From NCBI RefSeq assembly GCF_009914755.1, contig NC_060947.1: a DNA stretch of 64,000 nucleotides; one strand, 5' to 3'. The first letter of the stretch is position 1; every line of letters starts with the position of its first letter. Of this stretch, positions 19,151 to 36,213 are shown piece after piece. The stretch comes from the human T2T-CHM13v2.0 reference genome, Homo sapiens. The translations under genes were made by a program, and so were the position numbers. Below the pieces are notes generated by a model. It was not told the origin of the DNA. It ran no database searches and saw only the letters and a list, made by a program, of their open reading frames with translations.

Positions 19151-19504
19151 TTATCTTATGAGAGAGTACTGCATTGGTGACAGTGGGATGGCAATTTGGT
19201 GGGGGCACAGATGAGCTAGGGAGGAGGTAAGGGTAGTAAAGAGACTTTATTTCCTGACATATTTGCCAAGTACCAGCTCGGTTGCCCTTTGAGTCTGAAG
19301 CTGCTGCTACCCTCAGAAGAGTCAAGCTGTTCATCTCTGAGATGTATGTGGCTCAGTAAGCACTGAGAGCAGACAGGACAGAGGAGGTGGATAGGTGTTG
19401 ATCGGCTATGTTGGGAGGTGGCTCTGTTGTTTACCACCTGCTCTGTGCAGGCTAGTCAAGGTGCTGGGAATTTGTGTTTACATAGGATTTTAAGTTGAGG
19501 AAAA

Positions 19505-20097
19505 AATTACTATTATTAGTTCTGGGGTACATATGCAGGATATGCAGGTTTGTTGCATAGGTAAATGTGTGCCATAGTGGTTTACTACACCTATCAACCC
19601 ATCACCTAGGTATTAAGCCCAGCATGCATTAGCCACCCTTTCTAGTACTCTCCCTCCCCCAACCCTACCCCCCAACAGGCCCCAGTGCATGTTGTTCACC
19701 TCCCCATGTCCATGTGATCCCATCGTTCAGCTCCCACTTGAAGTGAGAACATGCAGTGTTTGGTTTTTTGTTCCTGCTTTAGTTTGCTGAGGGTAAAGGC
19801 TTCCAGCTTCATCCATGTCCCTTGAAAGGACATGATCTCATTCCGTTTTATGGCTGCATAATATTCCATGGTGTATATGTACCACATTTTCTTTATCCAG
19901 TCTATCATTGATGGACATTTGGGTTGATTCCATTTCTTTGCTACTGTGACTAGTGCCGCAATAAACATACATGTGTATGTATCTTTGTAACAGAATGATT
20001 TATATTCCTTTGGGTATATACCCAGTAATGGAACTGCTGAGTTAAATCCTATTTCTGGTTCTAGCTCTTTGAGGAATCACCACACCATCTTCCGCAA
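19505..20097 (-). mobile_element. L1PA 3' end (5'-truncated)
   Basis: Primate L1 3'UTR plus ORF2 C-terminus (ORF 19696-19968, MFIAALVTVAKKWNQPKCPS); flanked by ttgaggaaaa repeats. Confidence 0.9.
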
Positions 20098-20581
20098 TTG
20101 AGGAAAAGATTTTTAATTAATTTGGGATTATCTGCTTGATTCCCCAAGAGAAAAACTCAAATGAATCTATCTAGAAAATTTAATCCCCCCCATGTCATTC
20201 CTTCACTGGCTCTGTCTCTCAGCAATACATCTGATGAAATCCTTTTGGGGTAATTTATTATACTTGGGAATAACTGGTGGCAGGGGGCTGGAATTTGAAT
20301 GGAAAGGAAGCCAAAATATGAAAATAATTGTGTAAAAAATTTTTAAAAAAATATCTGAAACTCAAAGGAAATACTGTATTATGGGGAAACCAACTCACAC
20401 ACTTAGCTTTTGCCAGGTTGGCTGGTTTGGAGGCGGTGGACATATGGGGTTAGCTGGAATATTATAAATAATCTAGCCTCTTGCTTTTTACCCAGGATGC
20501 TAGGGGCTTCATCTAGCTGAAATACATTCTAAGGAAAAATTGGACCAGCCTACCGTGGGTGGAAATTGCAGGCACTGCTTT

Positions 20582-20939
20582 TGTTAACAGTGGAGGGTAT
20601 CCAGGTTCTTGGCATCTGGAACAAAGAATTGGACAAAACGCATAAACAAAGCAAGGAAAGAATGAAGCGATTTATTGAAAATGAAAGTACACTCCACAGT
20701 GTGGGACTGGGCTCGAGCATAGAGGCTCAAGGGCCCCGTTACAGAATTTTTCAGAGCTTAAATACCCCCTAGAGGATTCCATTGGTTACTTTGGGTATGC
20801 CCTATGTAAGTGGAGAGGATGAAGTAAAGTTACAAAGTCATTTACTTGGCCTATGCCCTATGGAGAGGATATTTCCTGTCATAGCTGAAGTTTGAATCGG
20901 CCTTATGTTCCTGTCTCCAGACCCTATTTTCCTGCCTCA
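20582..20939 (-). mobile_element. MER61 3' LTR
   Basis: Minus strand TGAGGCAGGAAAATAGGGTCTGGAG...AATAAA...GTTAACA. Confidence 0.9.
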
Positions 20940-21879
20940 TCTTCCCTCTGAGATGAGAGATGTGATGCCCATAAATCTTTATGGGAGGCAGAGTGACCAA
21001 TGGTCTTTTTTCTGTAAGTGTTTCTTGCTGGCTTGAGGTGTAGTCCCTACCTATTGAGGATCATGGAACTCTCACCCTGCTCTATCTAGTGGAGGCAGAA
21101 TAGCTTCTTGATGACCAGGGGTGGTGTCTTCACCTGGAACTAACTGTAACCTTTGTTGCATGATTATCTGAAGCTTGATGATCTCTAGCCGAGAGGTAAA
21201 TAATTAGGTTAAAAGATTTAATGGGAACTTCAAGGGGTGGATAGCTATGCTGTCAGAAATGTTTGTTATAGAGATTTGCAGGAGAAAAAACAAAACCTGG
21301 TCTGTTCTAGAATCTTATGTGTTTCCTTAAAGTCTTAACACAAACGACCCCATTTTGGTTTGCTTTGGTCTGCTGGGGCCTAGTGCATGAGCTCAGTCCA
21401 AAACAATGGCCTCCCAGAATTTTGTTTCAAAAATTCCCCCTTTTTGGTCAAGTTCTCACTTAGGCAAGAGTGTGACCAAAACTTGGGGCCTTAGCGCCAC
21501 TCTCAGTTACCATCATTTTGGGTTTCCAGTCTCAGCACATCATTTATAGGTTACAGTGTCCTCATGGTTGCACATTTCTTTCAGCTTTTGTTATTCCAGT
21601 TGATGAGAGATCATTTGACGTTCTAGAGATGGCTGCATGCAAGCATTTAAAGCCTTTGAGAGAATATAGCACACCAGGGAGACTATTATTATGACTATTG
21701 GGTGGATAATACCAGAAGTTTGGAGTATGCTCCTTATGCAGGGTCACCATAAACCAAACCACCTAGAATTAAATAGATTAAAGAATGAGCTAGATGAAGA
21801 GTCTACTCGCTTAACTAAGCAATTTTTTTTTTGTCAATACCCTACCATTGAATTTCTATAATCTTCATTTAATGTATTT

Positions 21880-22075
21880 CCCCATAGGCCACAAGTGCCA
21901 GCAGCTGCACAGGTACTTTTCTGTTTAGCCGGTTCCATTATTTAGCAAAACTTTCAAAAGAGAATTTAAAGTCTGTTGTGTAATGATAGCCTTTCATGTA
22001 GAATTTGCTATGGAGCCCATCATGAGGGATGCATTTCTTATCATTGCTTCTTTTACTTTAAACCATGGAAAAAGG
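21880..22075 (-). pseudogene. env TM remnant in the MER61 internal region
   Basis: Minus translation LFPWFKVKEAMIRNAS...QQTLNSLLKVLLNN, then frameshifted AKQKSTCAAAGTCGLW (heptad/ISD/CX6CC-like). Confidence 0.6.
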
Positions 22076-23997
22076 ACCTAATAAATTAGGCCCTTTTGGA
22101 AGAGTGAAGGCCTCCTGGCTCTGTTCTCTTCAACCCATGATGTGGGTTAAGAGGAGTGATCCAATGTGTTGTTCTTGACCGATTACGAGGCAACATACAT
22201 ACCGTTTAAGTTTCTTACCTACATTGGGCCTTCATCTTTTATCTATCAAAGTATAAGTTCATCCATGTATAAGGCTGGCTGCAAACTCCTTCACAAATAA
22301 AAGTGTACCCCATTAGTGCACATAACAGACCCCTTTTCCACTTCTATTGTTCATAGAGGCATAAGCAAGGAAAATTCTTCAAAGATGAGAGTTTCATGGT
22401 AGTAGAAATCTTAATCTGTGAACTTGGGAAAAGATATTCACATCAAGGATGCCATCTTCTTCTTTGGAGAAATTTCCTTGGTTAGTTTAACCTTAAGGGT
22501 TCCAATGGGTGTACAGTTTGAAGAGTGTAGAGGGACCCTTCTCAGTTGTGAGACCATGAACCTAAAGCCCAAATCCCCGAGTTTTATTGTGGTCTGGATG
22601 ACAAGGACAGTCTTTCTCTGATGTTTCCAGAAGATTCAAACCATAAAAAGTTTTCTTTACCTGGTGAAAATACACTGTAGCATAATAATCCACTGTTATA
22701 ACATCGGCCCTCTTGCATGGGAAAGCTTTTATACAACCAGAAAACATGCATTAAAAATAACAATGGAATGAAATCCCTTTATACAATGTTTAAATGGCTG
22801 ACCAGGTGATCCAATGTACCTGAAGCTTTAATTGTTTTTCCAGGAATATGGGACCAAGTATTGGTTATAAATTATTTTAAACAATTTTAGTATCAGCCGG
22901 TTTAATATGAAAATCTGACAAAGTATTTTCTTGGTATTTAATTTTTGTTCTACTTGGGTTAGTAGATTTATACAAGGAAATTTGGTTATTTCTGTGGTTT
23001 ACAATAACAACATAATAATCATAATTACAATTGATAGCACAGACTATTTTAGAAGTCCCATACAATTTTGGATCATATATTAATATATTCACAAAAATAT
23101 AACCTAAAGAAGATTGAACATCATTTTGGCAATCCCATGTACCTAAACATGTCACATAATCCTGTTTACCTCCTTTCTGGATGCTTCCAAGGGCCCTTTG
23201 ATCCATCCAGAAAGCCAGGCATTAGGAAAGACAATTTTGAAACTGAAGTGTGATTTTGGAATTCAGTATTACCATAAATTATTTATTTTGCCAAAATGAT
23301 GTTTCAGAAATTTTAAAGAAGCAAAAACCTTTTATAACCTTTTGCCAAAAAACCCACATTCTACTGCTTTTATACACCTTGCATGTAAAACTGTTTCTAG
23401 TAGTCTTAATTGCATGTTACAATGGTGACTCTTAGCAATTTTAACTTTAATGTAAAACCTGGTAAGTTATGTTCTGATAAGGTTTGGCTATTTCCAGCAT
23501 AGCTAGGGGCGTGGCCAACTCCACATGTCCTCAGGACTTACCTAGCTGGAAAGCAGGCAGGTTAAACAATTTTCAAAAGCCAAAGAAGCAGTGTAGCAAA
23601 CCTAATACTTGAACATAATTTAGACCACATATTTACATTTTGAAGACATTGTAGTTTACCAATAATCTTTAAAACCATCTTAATTTCCCAAAGATTGCTA
23701 AAGTCACGTGAACTAAAAGGCATTACACTTTCCACTTTTCTGACACAATATTTGATTTAAGCTCCTATTATTATTAAGCTAATTAATTTAAAACTTTACA
23801 CAGGAGTTAAACAGTGACTTTTACTTTATATTTAACCAGTTTGCACAGAGTTAAAGAGGTCAGAGACTGACTGGTAAGAAATTCTTACCCTTTTGCCTGT
23901 GTGCCAGGTTTCTAGATTCTCTCTCCCTGAGCGGTCCTAGTGACCCTGCTTGCCTGTATGCAAACAAACACATTGCCTTGAATTAAGAATATTCACG

Positions 23998-24292
23998 GGT
24001 CTGGGCGCAGCGGCTCATACCTGTAATCCCAGCACTCTGGGAGGCCGAGGCAGGCAGATCACGAGGTCAGGAGATTGAGACCAGCCTAGCTAACACAGTG
24101 AAACCCTGTCTCTACTAAAAATACAAAAAATTTGCTGGCGTTGTGGCGGGTGCCTGTAGTCCCAGCTACTCAGGAGGCTGAGGCAGGAGAATGGCCTGAA
24201 CCCAGGAGGCGGAGCTGGCAGTGAGCCGAGATTGCGCCACTGCACTCCAGCCTGGGCGACAGTGCGAGACTCTGTCTCAAAAAAAAAAAAAA
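23998..24292 (+). mobile_element. AluY-like, inside the MER61 internal region
   Basis: Full dimer; flanks end in attcac on both sides. Confidence 0.9.
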
Positions 24293-24750
24293 TTCACAAA
24301 CAGTTTATAAAGTTTAGAGAAATTAGGCAGAGAAAGAGAAATATGACTAAAATTCTATTTATGAGAATATATTCAACATTCTTAAAGTATCAGGAAGCCT
24401 AAAATTCAACAAGTTAATTTATAAGGATAGAAAGCTGGCGTGCTCTGTTAATTCTTGTGGCTCAATAAAGGTAGCTTAGGAATTCCAAATAAATGGAACA
24501 AATGATGACTTGCTGGAAATGCATAGGAAACAAAGTAACTATTCACAGAACCAAATAAAAGCCTTCCACAGGAACTAAAAAAATCATAGTTTTATGTATA
24601 TGGACACACAAGCAAAGCCAGAAGAGAATAAACAGCAAATGAATGAAAACTAGAAGCAAAAACAAATACACAGGAAACCAACCCTAAATTTTTATCCTCA
24701 ATTTACCCTGGAGGCTACAGTGTTACCTAGGTCCCCCCAAAAAAACTCAC

Positions 24751-27334
<2,584 letters not shown>

Positions 27335-27635
27335 CCCACACAATGAATATTTTATTCCTGATATACAATTTGATATCCTAAATTCACCAATATTATTATA
27401 CATTCTGTGCAATCAAGAAATTCACTTTAGGCATATGACCAATAAGTACTCCAGCACTATCCACGCAAAATGATAAACATAGTGTGAAGCAATGTAAGTA
27501 TGTAGGTGAAATTTGGCTCCACACTAAATCCAGCTTTATGCTTAACTATATTAAAGAATGTCCAAACTGCTGATGCATTTATTTACAATACTTCTTGTTT
27601 TACTTTAATCAAGACTAACAGCTTTAACTATGACA

Positions 27636-27947
27636 TTCTTTTTTTTTTTTGAGATGGAGTCTTGCTCTGTTGCCCAGGCTGTAGTGCAGTGGTGTGATCT
27701 TGGCTCTCTGCAACCTCTGCCTCCTGGGTTCAAGTGATGCTCCTGCCTCAGCCTCCCGAGTATCTGGGACTATAGGCATGTGCCACCACGCGTGGCTATT
27801 TTTTAATTTTTATTTATTTTTATTTTTTGTAGAGATGGGGTTTCACCATGTTGGTCAGGCTGTTCTCGAACTCCTGACCTCAAATGATCTGCCTGCCTTG
27901 GCCTCCCAAAGTGCTGGGATTACAGGTGTGAGCCACTGCACATGACC
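27636..27947 (-). mobile_element. AluS inside the MER61 internal region
   Basis: Antisense dimer. Confidence 0.9.
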
Positions 27948-28457
27948 AACTGTGAAAATGTTAATTAGCCAAATGTCTCCAATTCTCTACCAGGTTTTAA
28001 AGAATATTTTATTATTTAGACTTTTCCATATCTTTCTCACCTATTTAATGATTCCTTATGACATTGTTTAATAAATAACCTTTTCAAATCTGTAATTTGA
28101 TCTAACTTTTAGATAACTTCTGAATTAGACAAAATTAATCTTTTTTCCACTAATAACATAACCCTTTCTGGCATATTTTATACAGAATTATGTGTTAACT
28201 AGAATTTTATCTGTAGTAACCTAAAACTTTAGTGAAACCCTAAAAAGCAAGAAATCCTGAACTATTAGATATGGCCATTTATAGATAAAAACTCTACAGT
28301 TTTAGAAACATACTTCCCCATATTACAACCCTTTCTTAATTGAAAATCACCCAGATATTAAATGAGCATCAAAAATAACTTTAAGATTTTAAATTACACA
28401 AAAAGTTTACCTAAAACAATTATCCTATTCACTGTACTTAATTTTTTACTTTTAACA

Positions 28458-28705
28458 AGGGAGACATGAGACATCAATAAACATATATAAAATGAACATT
28501 GATTTGGTCTGGAAAGGCAGGACAACTTGAAGCAGGGAGGGAGGCTGGGGCTTCCAGGTCACATGTTGGTGTGAGAGGAATGGTTGCATTCTTTTAAGTT
28601 TCTGATTAGGCTTTCCAAAGGATGCAATCCGACATGCATTTATCTCAGTGAGACTTTGAATAGAATGAGAGGCAGGCTCACCCCAAGCAGCTCCCAGCTT
28701 GAATT
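28458..28705 (-). mobile_element. MER4A-type LTR segment embedded in the MER61 internal region
   Basis: 'ggagacatgagacatcaat...ggaaaggcaggacaacttgaagc...tggttgcattctttt...catttatctcagtgag...cccagcttga' matches the remembered MER4A LTR core. Confidence 0.65.
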
Positions 28706-29710
28706 AACACTGACATTTTAAGATATTTAGCAAAGACAAACATACAATTCAGACAAAATGTATGCTGACAATTCTGAAGGCATTTCTACTTTTATTCCAC
28801 CAATAATTTTAAAGCTAGCTTGTTTAGTAAAGTTATACTTTAAGTCATGTGAACTTGAAAATTGCTTAGACTTATTTACTTAATTTATGAGGCTCTTTTA
28901 CTTGTAAGCCAACTATAGTAGACACAACCTATAACAATAAGTGTACATACAAATAAATACATCTAGACCTGTATACACACAAGTAAATGAAGATCCGGTA
29001 GCTTGGAACCTTAGCCATGAGATAGCAATATAAGCTTGCCAGTTTTACTTTGCCCCAATAGATAATCCAATGAAGCCTGTGAACCAAAATTTTGGATAAT
29101 GCGTTCTCCATGGGGGTTTGATATACAAAGGCAAAACCTCCCCAGACTCCAAAGAGCAGTGGGGCCAAACTGTACAAAAGGAGGGTGTTAACACACTAAC
29201 CAGGCCTCCTGCTTAGAACCACAGCACAAAAGCCTGGATACAGGCAATGCCATTTCACTTTCCCATTCAACAGTAAATTCCAGATTTCAAACAATGTTGG
29301 GGCCAATCAGCATTGCAGCTATGAGAGAAAATTCTAAGGGGGAGGCTTAGTACTAGACCTCAGAACCTCTGCCAGGAGCATCCCTTTTGGGCAGGTCGAG
29401 GTTTGCAGAACACCTGGAGCATCCTCCTGTGGGGTCTAATTTTAGAGTGTCAGATGTCTCTGACATTAGGTGGGCACCAGCACCACATACAGGTTTTTCC
29501 CTCCAGAGCATACTATGAACTTGATAAGAATACCCATGAACTGTAATGAGAACTGGATGCTGGGTGTGCCTTTTTGTTCCTTAGCCAGTTGAGTATAATA
29601 AGGGAAGAATTTACCATAGGAAAAGAAGGTTTAAGTCCCCTGAAACACGTGCAAATTTGCTTCGAGCTGTGCCACACATAGGGACCAGGGACCACGTGAG
29701 GAAGAGATTA

Positions 29711-30548
<838 letters not shown>

Positions 30549-31379
30549 CTTTAGAGCAGTGGAAAGCCAGTGACCTCAGGTCTAAGGAGAAGTACTTGGG
30601 GCAATTAGTTTACTGACCAGGACTAGTGGTAAGCCTGTCAGGTCTTGAATGCACTTTCCAAAACCAGTGGGCATTTGCCTTGTTCAAAGGAGCTGCCAAG
30701 AAAGGGAAACAATTGAAATTATAGGGGAGCTTCCATGTGGTATTTCAAAGTTTTGACTTCCTAAGAGGGAAGTTGTTACTTGGTAACAATTAGCTATTGG
30801 TATTCTCTGTGTGCATCAAAAGATGCCTCACTGCACCCAACATATTTCTTGTCATCAAATCAGACTGGTCCATGCTCAACCTATTCATTCTTTGTGTCTT
30901 TTTTTTATGTTGTACCCTTTGCCTGGATTACTTGCCCTATTTTTTTATGTGTATGTAAATCTTCATCTCTCTCCAATTCCTTCTTTTCCTTTTCTTGCCC
31001 CTCCACCTTCTCTTCTCTTTCCCCTTTCTCCGTCTACCCTTCTTCTGCTCTGAATAAACACAAAAAAAACAGTGATAATAAAACAATAGATTACATTTAA
31101 TGTTTACTTAAAGAATTGCTACAAAATCTGTATACATGCTAAATAGAAGTTACCTGAAGATCTCTCTTTTGAGAAAATTTTTTCTTTTACAATCTCGTGC
31201 ATAAGGAATCTATCAACAGTTGAAGATCCAAAAATAGCTCTCAGATACTGCTTAAATGATTTCCAACCACTAACAAGAAGAAATATCCAAGGAGAATAAA
31301 GAAAGAGTAAAATTTATCTAATGGAGGAGAACATATGGATAACACTTAACTAGCACGCACAGGGACTTGTGGCTATCCT

Positions 31380-31600
31380 ATAAAATGTGACAGGCACTGT
31401 GCTAAGTTCTTTAACTTTCATTATCTTGATTAATCCTCATAAAAACCCAAAGGGGAAGATATTATTGTTATCTTTATTTTAAAACAGATGTAGACACTGG
31501 ATTTCAGAAAGGTTAAGTAACTTGCTCAAATTCAGGTAGCTAAGAAATAGTGGGGTTGTAATGTTAACTCATGTTAGTTTTATTCCAACGCATCCAGCTC
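31380..31600 (-). mobile_element. MIR
   Basis: 'caggcactgtgctaagttcttt...aatcctcataa...aggttaagtaacttgctcaaa'. Confidence 0.75.
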
Positions 31601-32721
31601 GTAAAAACCTCCTTGAGAACTCTAACTCAGTAAGTTGGTTTATAATCTGAACTCATATAACACAGTCTGTACTACCCAATTTAAAACTCGAGTATACACT
31701 ATCACAAATTATCTTTTAATTGCTTTATATACATAAGCTTTTTCTTTGCCGCTAGACTTAAACTTTCTTTTATATACAGTGCTGAGCATATAGTAGGTAC
31801 AGAGAACATACAATTCATCTTGAAGAAGAAGGAAGCAAAGCTGTGGTTCTGGCAGTAGAAGTTTCAGGAATGAGGGGTCTATGTTTGTTCAAAATCAAAA
31901 CAAGTGGATAAAGCATTAAAAAGTCCAGTCAAATAACCATTGTGTGTTGATTTGTTTGGGGAAAGCTGAGGTGAGGTCAAGGAACCAGACAATGCAAAAA
32001 GATAATTTGGCTGATTTTTCTCTTCATTGATTGACCAGTTGATGTAGAAATCACAGGTTTCACATACAATCCCATTGACTGTGTTGGCTGAAACATCCAG
32101 GTAATGACGAATCATAGGGTAAATAAGACAATATCAGATAATTAAAGTTGGCTCTATAGATACACCACATTCTATAAGTTGATCAGTTCCTGAGAAGTAC
32201 ATGTTGATTCAAACCCTCTGTTTTATAACTTGGGTTTTCACTTCAGATGGGCTTCATCTTTGACTGGCAATGGTTTATTACATGTTAGTTTTAAATTTTT
32301 ATCTTGCCCATCTCTCTGTCAATTACAAGTGACTTCTTTAAGAAGACCTAAGTTCACAAAACATAAAAATGAGACGGTGGTTATTTCTATTATGAAATCA
32401 TTGACAAGAAGATTTCTATCCATAGTTTGCTTTATATATATTAACTAGAATTGTATTTCTAAAATTTTCACTGATATTATATGTATATATATTATGTCAA
32501 TATGCATATAATGTATACAAATTTTAATAAACAAGTCTATTAAGTGAAAGAAGCTATAATTAATCTATAAACCACCCATAAATGTATAGAGTTTTTGGTA
32601 TTTGAAAGGACTCTTTGGTGAAAGCTTTTTGATGTGGGAATAACCACCTGTTATTTATTGGCATTTGTCTCTCAGAATTTTGCTCTGTTGAGTTTTCATG
32701 AAGTGAAGAATGCCTCTGTAT

Positions 32722-32780
32722 CAGGTTTTCTCAACTTTGGCACCATTAATATTTTGATCCAGTAATTTTCTGTTGTGTGT
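32722..32780 (+). mobile_element. MER20 (hAT) terminal fragment
   Basis: 'caggttttctcaactttggcaccattaatattttg'. Confidence 0.55.
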
Positions 32781-32964
32781 GCATTCTTTCCTATTCACGT
32801 TGGCCATGGAGAGGGATATTCTGCATGGTCAGCTGTGTGCCTATCAATATAGAGAACTTCAGATAAAGGCTAACGTATAGTTTTTGTTTTTTTTTAAAGG
32901 ACTTTAATCAACTTTACTCATACCAAACTACACATATGTAGGCCTAATCTTGGTCATTAACCAC

Positions 32965-33220
32965 TTTTTATTTATTTTTTAAATTGACAAGTGAAAATTC
33001 TACATATTTATGGTGTACAACATGATGTTTCAAAATATGTATACATTTTTGTGGAATGGCTAATTGAAACTAATTAACAAATGCATTATCTTCCATACTT
33101 AGTTTTTGTAGTGAGAACACTTAAAATCTATTCTTAGCAATTTTCATAGTTACTGTGGTGTACAATAGACCTCTTGAACTTACTCCTCCTAACTAAAATT
33201 TTGTATTTTTCGACCGACAT
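32965..33220 (-). mobile_element. L1MA 3' end
   Basis: 'atttatggtgtacaacatgatgttt...gtgagaacacttaaaatcta...tacaatagacctcttgaact'. Confidence 0.8.
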
Positions 33221-33764
33221 CACTAACCACTTTCGATTGAGCCCATGAAAATTATGCTATTTGAGAGACTGAATGTGGTGCATATTCAGGTGGAGCCCAT
33301 CTTCTGCTGACTCTAGGATTAAACATTGTTGGTGGATTCTATTACAGTATTTTCATGAAAAATAATTCATAATTCAATTTTAGCTGAGCTTGGTGGAACT
33401 CACATTACTCAAGCTTGATCCCCTAGCCTGAAGAGTGAGGGTAGTTCCAAAATGTCAGTGTATTCCTGCTGGGCAGTTATGCAGAATTTTCAGATATGAA
33501 CTTTCGGTAGTTTGCGGGTCAAGGATAGAGTGAAAACATAAACCCATGATCTTTTCTTGGGTGAACAGCAGTTACTGTTGAAAGTGTATAATTTGATCTC
33601 TGGTTTTTGCCATTGAGTTTTATTATTCTTTACAAACGGCTAGCACCAGGCTGTTGATTGGTTATAGTCTAAAGAAGTATAGACGTCTGGAAAGGCTGTA
33701 TCAGGTAAGACAGTTTCTGCAATTTAATGCATTCCATTCCTTTCCTCATTCACCATTTATTAAG

Positions 33765-34000
33765 AGTCAGTATAGCATAATGTTTAAGACTATTGGCTCT
33801 CAAATCAAATTTTACCTATGGCACTTATTAGTTAGTTGCATGATCCTTGGTAGATTACTTAATCTTTTAAAGCCTCAGGTTCCAATTTGTAAACTTGAGA
33901 TGTGTAAATAGTATTCACCTCAAAAGAATTGTTTTGAGGATTAAATCAAATAATGTACATAAAGTACTCAGTACATACTCAATAGGTGTTGGCTATTACT
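33765..34000 (+). mobile_element. MIR
   Basis: 'ttacttaatcttttaaagcctcaggttccaatttgtaaa'. Confidence 0.7.
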
Positions 34001-35809
34001 AGTATTGTGTACCTATTATGTCACTGTATTATCTACTAGGGGAGAGATAACAAGGACATGAATAAATACAGCAGAATATGGCAGAAGGTGATATGTCACA
34101 AAAGAAGGAATGATAAAATGCTTTAGTAGTTCAGAAGAGAATAGGAGTCCTTTTGGATGAAAAAAACAAAGCCAGAATCATGGAGGAAGTGACATCTAAG
34201 ATGAATCTAAAAGGAAGGATAGAATTAAGGCATACAGTTGTGAAAACACTATTTCTAGAATCAGCTATAAATACCTTCTGGGACTGGACTGCAAATGATG
34301 ACTCATGCTTTTCTTCTTCATCATCCTAGCAATATGCAGAGAGGAAATCCACAGTGAAAGCAGATTTCTGCCCACTGGTGTCCCCCTTCCTTCATTTTCC
34401 AAGGAGAACATAGAAGGGCAGTCTTATTTCCTGGTGCAATAATGGAGGCACCAAGTTCAAGGTCATGTAGTCAGCCTTAAATTAGATGAAGGTTATGAAC
34501 TCTATAGTAAGTAATCAAGCACCAAGTAGATTTGTTATTAGGTATCTACCCTAACTCAATATTAGTAGTACTTTGGGGGTATAGTCCTTCAAGAAATTAT
34601 GTTCACATTGGGAAATAATGACATAAATACACTAAGTAATATTGTAAAATAGAATAGACTCCAAGATTCAACTATGTGGGATAGACTCTCTAATAGAAGT
34701 TCTGAGAAAAGATTAATCAGTGGGACCCGGAATGTCTTTGGAAAAAATGTTTCATGGAAGGATAGGAGCTTGAGTTGTTTGGGATTGGTGTCGGGGGGTA
34801 GTGGGGAGAAGAGCATTTGAGTTGGGAAAATTTATATAGCAAAGCAACTGAGGTAGTAATTCATGAAGAATGAATGAAGATAATATCTTTTAATTAATGG
34901 ATTAAAATTTCAGTAATCTCTGCATCTCCTCAGCTGAGCGATATTTGCAGAGATGCGTTTGGATCTGTTGTGTCCTGATATACCTACTCCAGCTGATTTA
35001 TAAACTGCACATAATTAGAGTACTTTGCTCAAATTCCTGCTCTTGCTGATGTTTCCTACCATCCGGAAACTATGCATGCATGAGTTAAATGAATGTCATG
35101 CTATTGACAGGAATGATTCACCATTTCTAGACTTTGTGAGGAAATGGATAATATTGGCTCATTTCAAAAAGGGGTCTTTCAAAGTCAGCACATTCCGACG
35201 CTTCTCTCTTCTCCCCCTTCAGTGTGTGAACCCCACTGATATCTTAGGAAGATGCACTGGTTGTCATGGTAAAAGCTACGCTAATTGGCTTCCTCTAGTT
35301 GATGTTCTGTCAAGCTCATTGCCCCACTGAGGATTTGGAATAGAGCGCTTAACTTTTTGCTTCTCAAAGAACATGTTCCCAGCAAGTCAGCTGCCTCAGC
35401 AGAAAATGGAAGGTATTTGAAATGTCCAATATGTTATCAAAATATTTCACTCTTCATGGGGCCAGACATGCACAGATTCACTTTCATTTGGTATCCTCTT
35501 TCCACAGAGAGTACTGATGGAAACTCAGCTGGAGATTTTTAACTGAATTAAGTGAATTTGGGGGAACTTGTAAAGAATGAAAGTATGTGGGCAAACGATT
35601 ACTTTGCAGAGACCTGAGTTCAGGTCAGAGTTGGTCTGGAGCCAACTGTGAAATAGTCTTCTGTTTTGTTGTCTTCTTGCCCTTTTTCTCATTGCTATAA
35701 GGGAAAAAGGAAGGAAAAAGGAAAAAAAAAAAAGAAAGAAAGGCATACAAGCCTAGTACTTCCCTCACAAGGTGGAGTCTCAACTTCAGACTATTTCTTG
35801 TTTTTCTTC

Positions 35810-36213
35810 TGCTATAGTCTGAATGTCCCTCAAAATTTATGTTTTGAAATAAAATCCCCATTGTGGTGCTATTAAGAAGTGGAATCTTTGGGGAAATGAT
35901 TAAGTTAGAGGGCTCTGCCCTCATGAATGCATTAGTGGCTTTTAAAGGAGATGAAGGGAACTAGCTTGGGTCCTTTTTTGCCTTTCTATCCCTTCTTCCA
36001 TGTGAGGACACATCATTCATCCCCTCTCAAGGATGTAGCAACAAAGAGCCATCAAGAAAGGAGAGACGGGATCCCTGATCAGACACCAACCCTGTGGTGC
36101 CTTGATATTGGACTTCCCAAACTCCAGAACTGTGAGGAATACATTTCTATTTTTTTTAAATAAATTATCCAGTCTATGATATTTTGTAATAGCAGCACAA
36201 ACAGGCTAAGACA
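35810..36213 (+). mobile_element. MaLR solo LTR (MSTD/MLT1A-like)
   Basis: tgctatagtctgaatgtcc...ggacttcccaaactccagaactgtgag...aggctaagaca. Confidence 0.85.

Noticed and set aside
20790-20860. p53 response element in the MER61 LTRs (some MER61 subfamilies carry one)
   Set aside because: The motifs read gggcataccc and gggcataggcc (gggtgtaccc and gggcgtaggcc in the other LTR) and lack the CWWG core
35025-35330. 101-aa plus-strand ORF with a hydrophobic start
   Set aside because: TTG start, no recognisable domain, and a length within chance expectation
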